Sequence record: PV740454.1
Length of the DNA stretch: 64,000 nt
Reading direction: 5' to 3' (one strand)
The notes beneath the pieces were generated by a model, which did not search any database, was not told the DNA's origin, and saw only the letters and a list, made by a program, of their open reading frames with translations. Both the position numbers and the translations under genes were made by a program. Numbering within the stretch: position 1 is the stretch's first letter; each line of letters begins with the position of its first letter. Below, one piece after another: positions 1-8,987 of the stretch.

Positions 1-213
1 ATGATTACTAAAATTGACGTGTTTGATGGTTGGTTAGACGTACTAGACGAGCCACAACAAAACAAAATCGTTGATGGTACTACGTATTACAGATTATTTG
101 GGTTTGATTTGTTCAAACGCAACCGTAAGTTTGAAGTTGCAACACACAACTATAACATACATCTGTCGCCTGAGTGGCATCTATACATGTGGAGAGTAAC
201 ACGTGTCATTTAA
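1..213 (+). CDS. hypothetical protein (may be 5'-truncated)
   Basis: ORF at window edge, overlaps next gene. Confidence 0.55.
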   Translation: MITKIDVFDGWLDVLDEPQQNKIVDGTTYYRLFGFDLFKRNRKFEVATHNYNIHLSPEWHLYMWRVTRVI

Positions 214-601
214 AAACATGAGAAAAATAAGGGAATACATGTCAAATTTCAAAGCAAATCTAGTAGGTCGCGGCACAATCGAAGTCAATGGTAAAAAATA
301 CCAAGGTACGAGCGTGACTGTGAAGAACGGCAAAGTCATCGTTGATGGTCGTCTGCAAGAAGATGTGTCTGATTGCCAAACTGTGACTGTTAACATCGAA
401 GGCAGCGCAACGCTTGTTCAGAACGAAAACGGCAATGTTACTATTGGCGGCGAAGTGAAAGGCGATGTCAAGACAACTAATGGCGATATTCATTGCTTGA
501 ACGTTCATGGTAATGTTAAGACAACCAACGGTGATATCGATTGTTACGATGTTGCTGGTGATGTTGAAACTGTTAATGGAGATATTAGTCGAAAATGGTA
601 A
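203..601 (+). CDS. DUF4097/adhesin-like beta-solenoid repeat protein
   Basis: Three ~17-aa repeats (DVKTTNGDI, NVKTTNGDI, DVETVNGDI); GGAG SD before GTG. Confidence 0.6.
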   Translation: MSFKNMRKIREYMSNFKANLVGRGTIEVNGKKYQGTSVTVKNGKVIVDGRLQEDVSDCQTVTVNIEGSATLVQNENGNVTIGGEVKGDVKTTNGDIHCLNVHGNVKTTNGDIDCYDVAGDVETVNGDISRKW

Positions 602-888
602 AACAAACAGATTTCTTTGGTCGTGATATCAAAGACGGTGATTTCATCTTGCGTGCTAAAAACGCAGGTCGTTCTTATACTATGGAAGTGTTGCTAATCG
701 TTGATGTTTCAGATGGTAAGCGAAAATACATCAGCGTATCTCGAACGTATGCTCATACTGGCGCACGTCTACCGTGTGGTAGTTCAGCGACAATCGTCGA
801 GTCAGAGCTAGTCGAGGCGCAATACCCAGATGGGTTCAAGCAAGCATTGCAACTCGCAAAAGAGCTTAAAACTCCAATGCTGAAATAA
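595..888 (+). CDS. hypothetical protein
   Basis: Tiles with neighbours; starts with phage-type DFFGRDIKDGD motif. Confidence 0.7.
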   Translation: MVKQTDFFGRDIKDGDFILRAKNAGRSYTMEVLLIVDVSDGKRKYISVSRTYAHTGARLPCGSSATIVESELVEAQYPDGFKQALQLAKELKTPMLK

Positions 889-889
889 C

Positions 890-917
890 TTGACACATGT
901 TGTCAGTCGTGTATAAT
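890..917 (+). promoter_or_regulatory. sigma70-type early promoter
   Basis: TTGACA-16-TATAAT upstream of the rII operon. Confidence 0.75.
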
Positions 918-939
918 TCTCATAAAACAGGAGAACACT

Positions 940-1077
940 ATGATTGACAACATGATAAAAGACATGATTGAGTCTGAATTTGCAGTAGAAGACATCATTG
1001 ACTGTCTAGTAAACCAGTACCAAATGCCTCACGATGAAGCGTTCGACGCATATCAAGAGGTGCTTAACGAAATGTGA
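940..1077 (+). CDS. small acidic hypothetical protein (45 aa, not in ORF track)
   Basis: GGAGAACACT-ATG; MIDNMIKDMIESEFAVEDIIDCL... Confidence 0.65.
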   Translation: MIDNMIKDMIESEFAVEDIIDCLVNQYQMPHDEAFDAYQEVLNEM

Positions 1078-1084
1078 GAAATAC

Positions 1085-3169
1085 ATGATTATCCATACCC
1101 CTGATAGTACCGTACAAACGTCTGGTAAGATGCGTACGGCTGGCTTTAATATGAAAGCGAGTGCAAAAGGCTTTCGTATCATTTCAACTACACTCTACAA
1201 AGATCCTATTCTAGCAATTGTACGTGAGCTGACGTGTAATGGCTGGGATGCTCATCAAATGAACAAGAATCTATCTAAAGCGATTGAAGTTCACTTACCG
1301 AATCAGTTTGAACCATGGTTCAGTGTGAAAGACTTCGGTTGTGGTATGAGTGATGATGAGATCTTTGGCGTTTACACGACTGTGTTCGATTCAACCAAAG
1401 ACGATTCAAACGACGTTATTGGTGCAATGGGACTAGGCTCAAAGACGCCATTCAGCTACAACAACGGTCAATCGTTTACTGTTAAGTCAACGAAGAACGG
1501 ATTGAAAGCTGTGTACTCTGCTTATCTTGATAAAGGTGAGCCAGCGATCACTTGTATGTCAGAACCTGCTCCGACTGATGAACCAGACGGCGTAGAAGTC
1601 ATTGTACCTGTTCGTAAAGAAGACTTCAGTCGATTTAAAGAAGCAGCGAACAAAGTAATGCCATACTTCAAGTCACCTGCTGTTGAGACGAATATCACGC
1701 TTACTGAGCGTAAATTCACTCGCATGGATGGTTACTTCACTGAGCCATCTAGCAGTTCATGGCGCTCAGGCGACGTGTATGCAGTCATGGGCAACGTTTG
1801 CTATCCATTGAACGAAAGCTACATCAAAGACATTAACATTGTTCGTAGCTACTTCAAGCAAACAGATTTGTACATTGACTTTGCTATCGGTGATCTAGAT
1901 GTCAGCGCGTCACGTGAAGAGCTTCACTATGATGACTACACGATTGAGAACATCAATAAGCGCATCAACGTAATCAATGATCGCTTCATCAACGAAGCAC
2001 AAACATGGGTTAACGATCAGAAGTTCAAATACATTGGTGATGCTTACCGAGCATGTGATATGCGATTTGCTGACTCAGTGATGCAAAAACTGAAGTTTGG
2101 TGACGTTGCGATCAACACGTATGCAAGGGAATTGCTTGCTGATTACAATGCTTCTGGTAAAGTTGTGTACTTCAGACCAGAACACAGCAATAAAGAAGGT
2201 GTTCAGCGTCGCACTAACTTCGGTCGAGCGTATGATCTAGTCAACCCTCGCACTGATTACGCTAAGAACCCGATTAAAATCATCGTAGATGACATGAAAT
2301 CTGGTGGTGTTCGTATCGCGAAAGAATACGTTCGTGTGACTAACAAAGGCGCTTATTACCATCACGACGATAAGTTATCAACGATTGGTGCACTTAAATT
2401 CTTCAAAGAGCGTTTGCGCGATTGTGAATACACAGTGCTGAAGACATCTGATCTGAAAGCAAACTACACGCCAGCGCCTAAGCAAGTCGCTAAGAAGAAT
2501 TACGCCCCGACGGTTACGCTGTATGAAATGCGTTTCGACGAGAATGGTGAACGTCGTGTTGAGCAATCGACTGTTAAGCGTGATTTCTTGCGTAAAGAAG
2601 AATTTTATTTCGTGAGCATGTTCCGTGATTACATCGAGCGCACGCCTGAATTTATGAACAACAGCATGGAATATCGCAGTGCGCTTCCACTTCTTGAAGC
2701 TGTGATGCGCCTTAAAGGTATTGATGTGCTATATATTGCGCGTCGCCCTGAGTATGCTTGCATTAAAGAAAACGAAAACGCGAAAAATTTATTCGATGTT
2801 AAGTTTAACAAGCGTGAAGCTCGTAGTAAAATCAACTGGAAGTTGTACGCAATCGACAACAACATGTATAGCTTCAGATCGAAGCTTCGCGACACGTGGT
2901 ATCAGCGTGACGTTCGTAAACTGTTTAAGGTAATTGGAACAGGTAAGCAATATGAAGTAACTGACCGCTCGACTATTGATAAAGTGTGTCGATACTTCCC
3001 TATCTTTGGTGCGATTCGTGCTGAAGAAGAATCAACGCAATTGAAGAAGCTCATTGAAGCTCAAGAAATGCCGAAATATCAATTGCTATTCGATTTGGTT
3101 GACAATCGCACGTCACCAGAAGCAACGAAAAAACTAATTAAACTCTTGAGAGGAAAACGAAATGGTTAA
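1085..3169 (+). CDS. rIIA: RIIA protector from prophage-induced early lysis
   Basis: GHKL-type N-terminus (RELTCNGWDAH, KDFGCGM, GAMGLGSK), DVSASREEL; followed by rIIB. Start moved from 1034 to ATG 1085 because of the upstream small ORF. Confidence 0.92.
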   Translation: MIIHTPDSTVQTSGKMRTAGFNMKASAKGFRIISTTLYKDPILAIVRELTCNGWDAHQMNKNLSKAIEVHLPNQFEPWFSVKDFGCGMSDDEIFGVYTTVFDSTKDDSNDVIGAMGLGSKTPFSYNNGQSFTVKSTKNGLKAVYSAYLDKGEPAITCMSEPAPTDEPDGVEVIVPVRKEDFSRFKEAANKVMPYFKSPAVETNITLTERKFTRMDGYFTEPSSSSWRSGDVYAVMGNVCYPLNESYIKDINIVRSYFKQTDLYIDFAIGDLDVSASREELHYDDYTIENINKRINVINDRFINEAQTWVNDQKFKYIGDAYRACDMRFADSVMQKLKFGDVAINTYARELLADYNASGKVVYFRPEHSNKEGVQRRTNFGRAYDLVNPRTDYAKNPIKIIVDDMKSGGVRIAKEYVRVTNKGAYYHHDDKLSTIGALKFFKERLRDCEYTVLKTSDLKANYTPAPKQVAKKNYAPTVTLYEMRFDENGERRVEQSTVKRDFLRKEEFYFVSMFRDYIERTPEFMNNSMEYRSALPLLEAVMRLKGIDVLYIARRPEYACIKENENAKNLFDVKFNKREARSKINWKLYAIDNNMYSFRSKLRDTWYQRDVRKLFKVIGTGKQYEVTDRSTIDKVCRYFPIFGAIRAEEESTQLKKLIEAQEMPKYQLLFDLVDNRTSPEATKKLIKLLRGKRNG

Positions 3170-4193
3170 TTTACCAATCGAAACAAAACAGTCTATCGTC
3201 AAAGCATCTGCAAACGGTATGACACAGAAAGACAACGCGGCGAAGCATGGTACTTCGCCAACCACTCTGCGCCGTGTTCTTGCTGAGCATCGTGAAGGTA
3301 AATTTAGTCTGAATACAGCAAAGCAAGTAGTTAAACGCCCTGCTAAAACTAAGTCGCTTGCAACTGACTTCAAATCAAACTTAGACGAGTTGCTAGACGC
3401 TACTGGTACAAAGCAGAAGATGAAAGCACCAGAGCCTGCTAAGACTCTTGAGCAGAAGCTAGACGAAGCGATTGAAGACTTTGCGTACGTCATTACGCCA
3501 GTTAACGTGTCGTTCACGCATAAAGGTCAGGCTTATTCTGCTGACATCACTGCACCGAACTACAGCAAAATCGTTGCTGCATTGCTTGAATCTGACGGCG
3601 AACTTGCAGTATCGCTTCTTGATGTTGCTAAAGGCATTGAAGAGTTCATGCTTGGTAACGTAGTAGTTAAAGGTGGCGTTGTTAAGTATCGCGATCTTGA
3701 CATCGACGGTGGTATGACTGACCGCATTCTTGAAGCAATGGAAGACGGTGACAAGTCTCAAGTGACTAAGCTGGTGAAGTTCTTCGAGAATCTAATCACC
3801 AACCCGTCTCGCCGCGCTGTAGAAGAGCTGTACGGCTTCTTAGAAGCTGCTGACATCGAACTAACAGACGATGGTCACTTCCTTGCGTACAAGAAGATTC
3901 GCGACAACTACAACGACATTCACAGCAACAGTATGTGCAATAAGCCAGGGTCTCGCGTGTGGATGCTACGTCACCAAGTGAACGACGACAAAGAACAAAC
4001 ATGTTCTGCTGGTCTGCACGTGTGTTCTAAAGGTTACTTGCCACACTTTGGCGGTGCTTCTGGTAATCGTGTTGTACTGTGTAAAGTCAACCCACGTGAT
4101 GTTGTGTCAGTACCATCAGATTACAACAACACAAAATTAAGATGTAGCGAGTATCTAGTTCTGAAAGAGCTAGACAAAAATACTTTGAAATAA
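3162..4193 (+). CDS. rIIB: RIIB protector from prophage-induced early lysis
   Basis: N-terminal HTH; C-terminal CSAGLHVCS and KVNPRDVVSVPSDYNNTKLRCSEY rIIB motifs. Confidence 0.93.
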   Translation: MVNLPIETKQSIVKASANGMTQKDNAAKHGTSPTTLRRVLAEHREGKFSLNTAKQVVKRPAKTKSLATDFKSNLDELLDATGTKQKMKAPEPAKTLEQKLDEAIEDFAYVITPVNVSFTHKGQAYSADITAPNYSKIVAALLESDGELAVSLLDVAKGIEEFMLGNVVVKGGVVKYRDLDIDGGMTDRILEAMEDGDKSQVTKLVKFFENLITNPSRRAVEELYGFLEAADIELTDDGHFLAYKKIRDNYNDIHSNSMCNKPGSRVWMLRHQVNDDKEQTCSAGLHVCSKGYLPHFGGASGNRVVLCKVNPRDVVSVPSDYNNTKLRCSEYLVLKELDKNTLK

Positions 4194-4199
4194 TTTAAG

Positions 4200-4276
4200 A
4201 AAAGGGTTGACAGATGTCAGCCCTTTTTTGTATTATAGCTACATCGAAACGAAATACACAAAGAGAGAACATTATG
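4200..4276 (+). promoter_or_regulatory. terminator-fused early promoter/leader cassette (PeSL-like)
   Basis: AAAAGGGTTGAC-AGAT-GTCAGCCCTTTTTT hairpin+U tract containing TTGACA; TATTAT; ATCGAAACGA leader; AGAGAGAACATT-ATG. Confidence 0.85.
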
Positions 4277-4624
4277 ACAGATTTACGCACAGCACAAACT
4301 TTAGTAGAACAGAACGACGCAGCTATCGTTATTCAACAAGAATATCGCAATGCTCTTTCATTTGCATATGGCTGCATGACTGGTGTTCAGCGTCAGGTGT
4401 ATCGCGACTTTCATATGAAAGTGTTAGTAGAGCGATTTGATACAGAGTACTGCCACTCAAACGAAGTGATTCTTCCGTACGGTGAATTGAAATCAGCAAT
4501 CAAGTACATCAAAGATAGCTTGAACGAGATTGACTACGCAGAACTCAAAGAACACTTTCAATTTAACATTCACGTAGCGAAGGATCAACATGAAACGATT
4601 GAAGAAACACATACGCAAGTATGA
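4274..4624 (+). CDS. hypothetical protein
   Basis: Start set at cassette ATG 4274. Confidence 0.75.
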   Translation: MTDLRTAQTLVEQNDAAIVIQQEYRNALSFAYGCMTGVQRQVYRDFHMKVLVERFDTEYCHSNEVILPYGELKSAIKYIKDSLNEIDYAELKEHFQFNIHVAKDQHETIEETHTQV

Positions 4625-5276
4625 TGAACATGGCGTAGTACAGTATAATATGCTATTGATATTCGCTTTGATTATATCAATATCTACGTCAATAGCATTT
4701 ATCGCTGCAAACTTTCTATTTTACTTCGAAATGCAAGATCCACTTGCAAATATTCGAACATACGGTGATGCGTTTTGGACTGTATGGATGGCAATGAGTA
4801 CTATCGGGTTTGGTGATCATTATCCTGTCACTGAAGGTGGTAGATACATCATCGGGTGTATGTTTGTTGTTGGCGCATCACTGATTGGTTTGAACATTGG
4901 TATTGTCAACGGTTGGATTTCATCGAAGTTCGATAAAAGCATTCAAAATCGAGTGTTGAAGAGTCAAAATGACGCTCTATTGCAGAAACTTGACCGACTT
5001 GAGACGTTCTTGGGTGTTAATCAAGAAGTTTTGTTCGATAAAGATGCACACGGGGTTGATACGTTCATCGATCAGTATTATGATAGTAACGAATCGGCAG
5101 ATAGAATTGTAACTCTTGGTCAAGACGACAGCGGTCGATATGTAGTTGCAGTCAATCAGCAAGTACGCGACACGCAGAAGACATCATTGAAGTGGCATAC
5201 GTTCATTTCAAAAAATGATGCGCTTAAATTCTACAAAGACACAAGTGAGCTATTTCACACGGAGATATTTTCATGA
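4590..5276 (+). CDS. KcsA-type two-TM potassium channel
   Basis: TM1, pore helix (YGDAFWTVWMAMS), selectivity filter TIGFGD, YPVTEGGR, TM2, C-terminal helical bundle. Confidence 0.9.
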   Translation: MKRLKKHIRKYDEHGVVQYNMLLIFALIISISTSIAFIAANFLFYFEMQDPLANIRTYGDAFWTVWMAMSTIGFGDHYPVTEGGRYIIGCMFVVGASLIGLNIGIVNGWISSKFDKSIQNRVLKSQNDALLQKLDRLETFLGVNQEVLFDKDAHGVDTFIDQYYDSNESADRIVTLGQDDSGRYVVAVNQQVRDTQKTSLKWHTFISKNDALKFYKDTSELFHTEIFS

Positions 5277-5845
5277 AACGACTAATTTTCGCAGCACTTG
5301 CAGCACTTGCGTTGTCTGCATGTGATAACAAATCAGCAACGCTAGACACAAATGCATATTATGCAGAGCAAGAACAGCCGACTGTTGCAGCGCCTACAGT
5401 TGAAGACTTTCAACCAATTGAAGTCGAAGCACCACAAGTAGTGCAACAGCAACCGCCAGTGATCATTCAACAAGATGATGGTGGGTTTGATTTAGGTTCT
5501 GCTGCGATTGGCTTCGTTGCGGCTGAAGTGCTAGATGAAGTTGGTGATGCGTTCGAGACGAAGCATAAGAAGACGTACGTCGCACCTGTTAACAATTATC
5601 CAGTCGTTAAGCGCGTTGATCCTCAGAAATCGATGATTAAGATTGATAAGAGCGTTACTAAGCCAACAATTGTGAAGAAAGTTGAGCCTAAGCCTGTTAT
5701 CAAGAAGATAACACCAATCAAGCCGAAGAAAGTCGAGAAGGTTGGGGTTGCTCCGAAGAAAGAGCGAAAGATTGAGAAGCGAACTACTAAGCCGCCCAAG
5801 AAGAGTATTTTCAAGAAGTTTAAGTCAAGTAAAAAGCGTCGATAA
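5273..5845 (+). CDS. lipoprotein with Lys/Pro-rich basic C-terminal tail
   Basis: Lipobox LSAC; low-complexity K-rich C-terminal third; ATGA overlap with channel gene. Confidence 0.75.
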   Translation: MKRLIFAALAALALSACDNKSATLDTNAYYAEQEQPTVAAPTVEDFQPIEVEAPQVVQQQPPVIIQQDDGGFDLGSAAIGFVAAEVLDEVGDAFETKHKKTYVAPVNNYPVVKRVDPQKSMIKIDKSVTKPTIVKKVEPKPVIKKITPIKPKKVEKVGVAPKKERKIEKRTTKPPKKSIFKKFKSSKKRR

Positions 5846-5863
5846 AGAGGCATTGCCTCTTTA
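5843..5863. terminator. bidirectional hairpin terminator between convergent genes
   Basis: TAAAGAGGC-ATT-GCCTCTTTA. Confidence 0.6.
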
Positions 5864-6379
5864 TGATTCAAGAGCATTGAGCACAGCTTGAAGCTCAGTA
5901 GCTAACTTAGTCATTTCGGTGCGGTATTTTTGACTCTGACGAATATCTGTTCTTAATGCACCACGTGATGTTTTAATGTCTGCATCATAATCGGTTGCAA
6001 AGAGTAATGATTCAGTCAAATGAATCGCTCGATTTAAGTCGATAGTCAGTTCGCGTAGTTCGGTATTGCTTATCTTCTCTGCTGGGATTCGCATGTACTT
6101 GTCGATTCGTTTCATGACTTGCTTTAGTTCTTTGAAGTGTTGACGTGCTTTACCTCCAGCGAACAGAGAACCATGAACTAGACCACCAAGACCACCTGCG
6201 ATACCACCCCAGATTGCCATTGGCAACACTAATGCAGGGCCAATGAACGTAACAATTGACGCAAATGTGCCAGCAGCAACAGCACCAGCAAGTGCAGAAC
6301 GCTTAGCCCATTGAGTGATTGTTGCTTCATTCAACGACTTTGATGCTTTATATTCATCAAATGTTTTAATCTTCATCAT
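5861..6379 (-). CDS. late-expressed putative internal head protein
   Basis: N-terminus MKIKTFDEY...LNE|A resembles T4 capsid-targeting/gp21 cleavage leader; CTAAATA late-type promoter upstream; Gly/Ala hydrophobic hairpin. Confidence 0.6.
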   Translation of the reverse strand: MMKIKTFDEYKASKSLNEATITQWAKRSALAGAVAAGTFASIVTFIGPALVLPMAIWGGIAGGLGGLVHGSLFAGGKARQHFKELKQVMKRIDKYMRIPAEKISNTELRELTIDLNRAIHLTESLLFATDYDADIKTSRGALRTDIRQSQKYRTEMTKLATELQAVLNALES

Positions 6380-6406
6380 TATGCCTTATAATTGATTTAA
6401 AAGAAT

Positions 6407-6475
6407 ATGAGGGGTGCGACTATAGTAGGACCAATACTCGCAGTGACCAATGCGTAACATAGTCACATCCCTCAT
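6407..6475 (-). ncRNA. putative structured RNA (three-way junction) in late 5' leader
   Basis: 17-bp closing stem 6407-6423/6459-6475 enclosing two 4-bp hairpins whose loops share a motif (UUGGUC on minus strand). Confidence 0.5.
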
Positions 6476-6479
6476 CTAT

Positions 6480-6486
6480 TATTTAG
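6480..6486 (-). promoter_or_regulatory. T4-type late promoter variant
   Basis: CTAAATA on minus strand. Confidence 0.5.
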
Positions 6487-6617
6487 TGATACAACACTCA
6501 ATGTTTTACACTTTTCTGACAATAAAATTAAAGTAATTGTTGTGTAAAGTGTAATTTTTAATAACTACATGCGTAAAATTAATTGAACGCTTAAAAAGTA
6601 TACAAAAGGACTATCAA

Positions 6618-7034
6618 ATGACTATGAAATCAATCATGCGTGCTGTAAACACACGAGCATCTGAGCTAAAAATCTTCCGACGTGAGCACAGCACTGTTGT
6701 TGCGGGAACAGTTGCTAGTGGTAAGAACGCTATGCTAATGGGAATGATTGTTCAGCGCGGTGCAAAAGACTGTACGATGATCGTTACTGAATCAAATGCA
6801 TTCGAAATGGCAAGTAAGCTCGGTGATGGTTCATACGTAGTTCGCGGCGGGTTGAGTCTTGAATCTCTAGTTAAATCAGTATCATATGCATGTGCTCAAG
6901 ATCGCGAACACATCTTTATTGAGCAAGTGAACTTGTTTCAAGGGCATGATATCATTGAGATTCTTGAATCAATCACACAGTCATTCAACAAACAACTTTA
7001 TATTGCTGTGCAAGCACCACGAGGTGGTCTATGA
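6618..7034 (+). CDS. degenerate P-loop NTPase-like protein
   Basis: VVAGTVASGKN Walker-A-like and HIFIEQ Walker-B-like segments. Confidence 0.4.
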   Translation: MTMKSIMRAVNTRASELKIFRREHSTVVAGTVASGKNAMLMGMIVQRGAKDCTMIVTESNAFEMASKLGDGSYVVRGGLSLESLVKSVSYACAQDREHIFIEQVNLFQGHDIIEILESITQSFNKQLYIAVQAPRGGL

Positions 7035-7258
7035 CAAACGAAGAATTATATGACACATTTCTTGTTGATTGGGTGTCAAATGCAATGTCCAGCAAACTAA
7101 GCGACGCACGCGAGAAAGGTCGTCATGGGTGGTATGACAAGAATGTGTGCTCTATTGACTATCTCTATGAGTTACGTGATACAGCACTTAAAGATAATGA
7201 TCATGTCAGTGTAATGAACTACACTGCAATGATAGCAATAAGAGAGTGTAACAAATGA
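7031..7258 (+). CDS. hypothetical protein
   Basis: Overlap-coupled; KL..AREKGR.GW motif. Confidence 0.7.
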   Translation: MTNEELYDTFLVDWVSNAMSSKLSDAREKGRHGWYDKNVCSIDYLYELRDTALKDNDHVSVMNYTAMIAIRECNK

Positions 7259-8268
7259 ATGTGATGTTCACGAGTCTATTTGGCTCAAAGTTATATGGCA
7301 CAGACACACCAGAGTCAGACACTGACTATAAAGCTGTGTTTATGCCTGAAATGCGTAAGCTATTGCGCGGCGTTGCAATCAAAAACTCAGTCCATTCAAC
7401 TGGCAAGTCATTCTCGAAGAATGGCGCAGATGACGAAGACTTTGAATACATACCAGTTCAAGTGTTCATGCGCGACTTTCTTGGTGGGCAGTCGTATGCA
7501 ATCGAGCTTGCATTCAATGCATTACAGAACAAAGATGATTGCTCACCTCAGTTCTACAACATGTGTGAGCAGCTAACAACACGCTTCTTGACATCAAACG
7601 TCAAAGCAATGACTGGCTATGCGCTTAACCAAGCACAAAAGTACGGCATCAAAGGCACACGCCTTAACAGTCTTATGGAATTTGCACGTGCTGTAGAGAC
7701 GCACAACGTCGATTCTAAAGCTAAGTTAGGCTCAAGCCCTGAGTTGTGCAAACAACTTTGGGAACTGTGCTCAGAAGACGCTCACGTGCGTTTTCAGTGG
7801 TATCATGGGCCAAAGACTACAGACGCAAGTGAATTGAAAGATCCTGCATTCAGCGTGCTTGAGAAAGTATTCGGTCTTGAAATCACGTTCGAAGAAGCGG
7901 CTGGTCGTCTTGAGAAGATGATGAGCAAGTACGGTGCTCGTGCATATCAAGCGCGTGCTGCTAGTGGTTCAGACTGGAAAGCTATATCTCATGCAATGCG
8001 TGTTATCGATCAAGCGATAGACATTCTTGAAAAAGGTAAGCTTGAGTTCCCATTACCACTTGCGTCGTTCTATCGCGACGTGAAGCAGGGCAAATACAAA
8101 TGGGAATACGTGTCTGAAGTTCTACAAGAACGACTTGAATTGCTCGAAAAGGTAAAAGAGACAACGAAGCTCCCGAATCATACACCAGATCTAGTAGAAG
8201 AATTCTACGAATGGTATGATGATTGGCTTGAAGAGTTTTACTTCCCGTGTATAATGACTTGCGAATAA
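7255..8268 (+). CDS. DNA pol-beta superfamily nucleotidyltransferase (T4 NrdC.11/RlaP-like)
   Basis: FGSKLYGTDTPESDTDYK signature; C-terminal DWKAISHAMRV. Confidence 0.8.
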   Translation: MNVMFTSLFGSKLYGTDTPESDTDYKAVFMPEMRKLLRGVAIKNSVHSTGKSFSKNGADDEDFEYIPVQVFMRDFLGGQSYAIELAFNALQNKDDCSPQFYNMCEQLTTRFLTSNVKAMTGYALNQAQKYGIKGTRLNSLMEFARAVETHNVDSKAKLGSSPELCKQLWELCSEDAHVRFQWYHGPKTTDASELKDPAFSVLEKVFGLEITFEEAAGRLEKMMSKYGARAYQARAASGSDWKAISHAMRVIDQAIDILEKGKLEFPLPLASFYRDVKQGKYKWEYVSEVLQERLELLEKVKETTKLPNHTPDLVEEFYEWYDDWLEEFYFPCIMTCE

Positions 8269-8294
8269 TGAAGTAATGCGTGGTGCTTACTAGT

Positions 8295-8302
8295 TATAAA
8301 TA
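8295..8302 (+). promoter_or_regulatory. T4 late promoter
   Basis: Perfect TATAAATA 24 nt before ORF 8327. Confidence 0.8.
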
Positions 8303-8326
8303 CGATAAACAAACTAGGAATTTAAC

Positions 8327-8680
8327 ATGAAAACATTCAATCAATTCGTTAGCGAATCATCATACACGTTCACCCCACAGTCTCAAGTTGATGAAGCTCT
8401 TCTTAAAGCAGGTCAAGAAGTATTTGGACGCATGATTCAGCCGATGTTGAGCAAGGTATATGGTGATGTTCAATTCACATTCCCAGTACCAAGCAACAAG
8501 AAAGCACCACGCGGTTGGTTCACAAAGCTAGTTGCTAGTTTGACAAAGCATTTAGGCGTACAACCTAAATACGTTGATGAAAAGCGCAAAGAAGCTGAGT
8601 TTGTAGTCGGTGAAAAAAGTATCTCAATTACTAAAACGATGACTGGTTCACCTGGCGGGTACATTCGCGATAAGTTTTAA
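8327..8680 (+). CDS. putative internal head protein with capsid-targeting sequence
   Basis: MKTFNQFVSE|S parallels T4 IP leader MKTYQEFIAE; late promoter. Confidence 0.7.
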   Translation: MKTFNQFVSESSYTFTPQSQVDEALLKAGQEVFGRMIQPMLSKVYGDVQFTFPVPSNKKAPRGWFTKLVASLTKHLGVQPKYVDEKRKEAEFVVGEKSISITKTMTGSPGGYIRDKF

Positions 8681-8694
8681 GATAAGGAAAAGCA

Positions 8695-8946
8695 ATGCAA
8701 GGTTTTAACGATTATTTCAAGAAAGGTGAAGTCAAGCTTCAAGAAACTGAACAAGAGTTTCATGAGCGCGTTGTCAAGCATCGTAAAGTAGATGATCAAC
8801 GTTACCCTGACCTATCAAGTTCTGGTCTTGAGGGACCATACACTGACTTGAATGGTAAAGTGTACTACTACGATCCACGTGAAGGGATGTACTACGACCC
8901 TGACACTGACATCTACATCACTGGTAAAGAATTACGTCTACCGTAA
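8695..8946 (+). CDS. late small protein with YYYDP/YYDP aromatic repeats, possible virion protein
   Basis: MQGFNDY...LQE leader; co-transcribed with 8327; terminator follows. Confidence 0.55.
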   Translation: MQGFNDYFKKGEVKLQETEQEFHERVVKHRKVDDQRYPDLSSSGLEGPYTDLNGKVYYYDPREGMYYDPDTDIYITGKELRLP

Positions 8947-8950
8947 CACA

Positions 8951-8973
8951 AAAGCGCCTACGGGCGCTTTTTT
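8951..8973 (+). terminator. intrinsic terminator
   Basis: AAAGCGCC-TACG-GGCGCTTTTTT. Confidence 0.85.
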
Positions 8974-8987
8974 ATTGAGAAAAATAT

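Noticed and set aside
1034-1084. Track start of rIIA at 1034
   Set aside because: Overlaps a well-formed 45-aa ORF (940-1077); ATG 1085 fits better.
4214-4273. Recurrent N-terminus MSALFCII... in track ORFs 4214, 18187 and 56157 looked like a shared peptide leader
   Set aside because: It is the promoter cassette read in frame; true starts are the cassette ATGs at 4274, 18247 and 56211.
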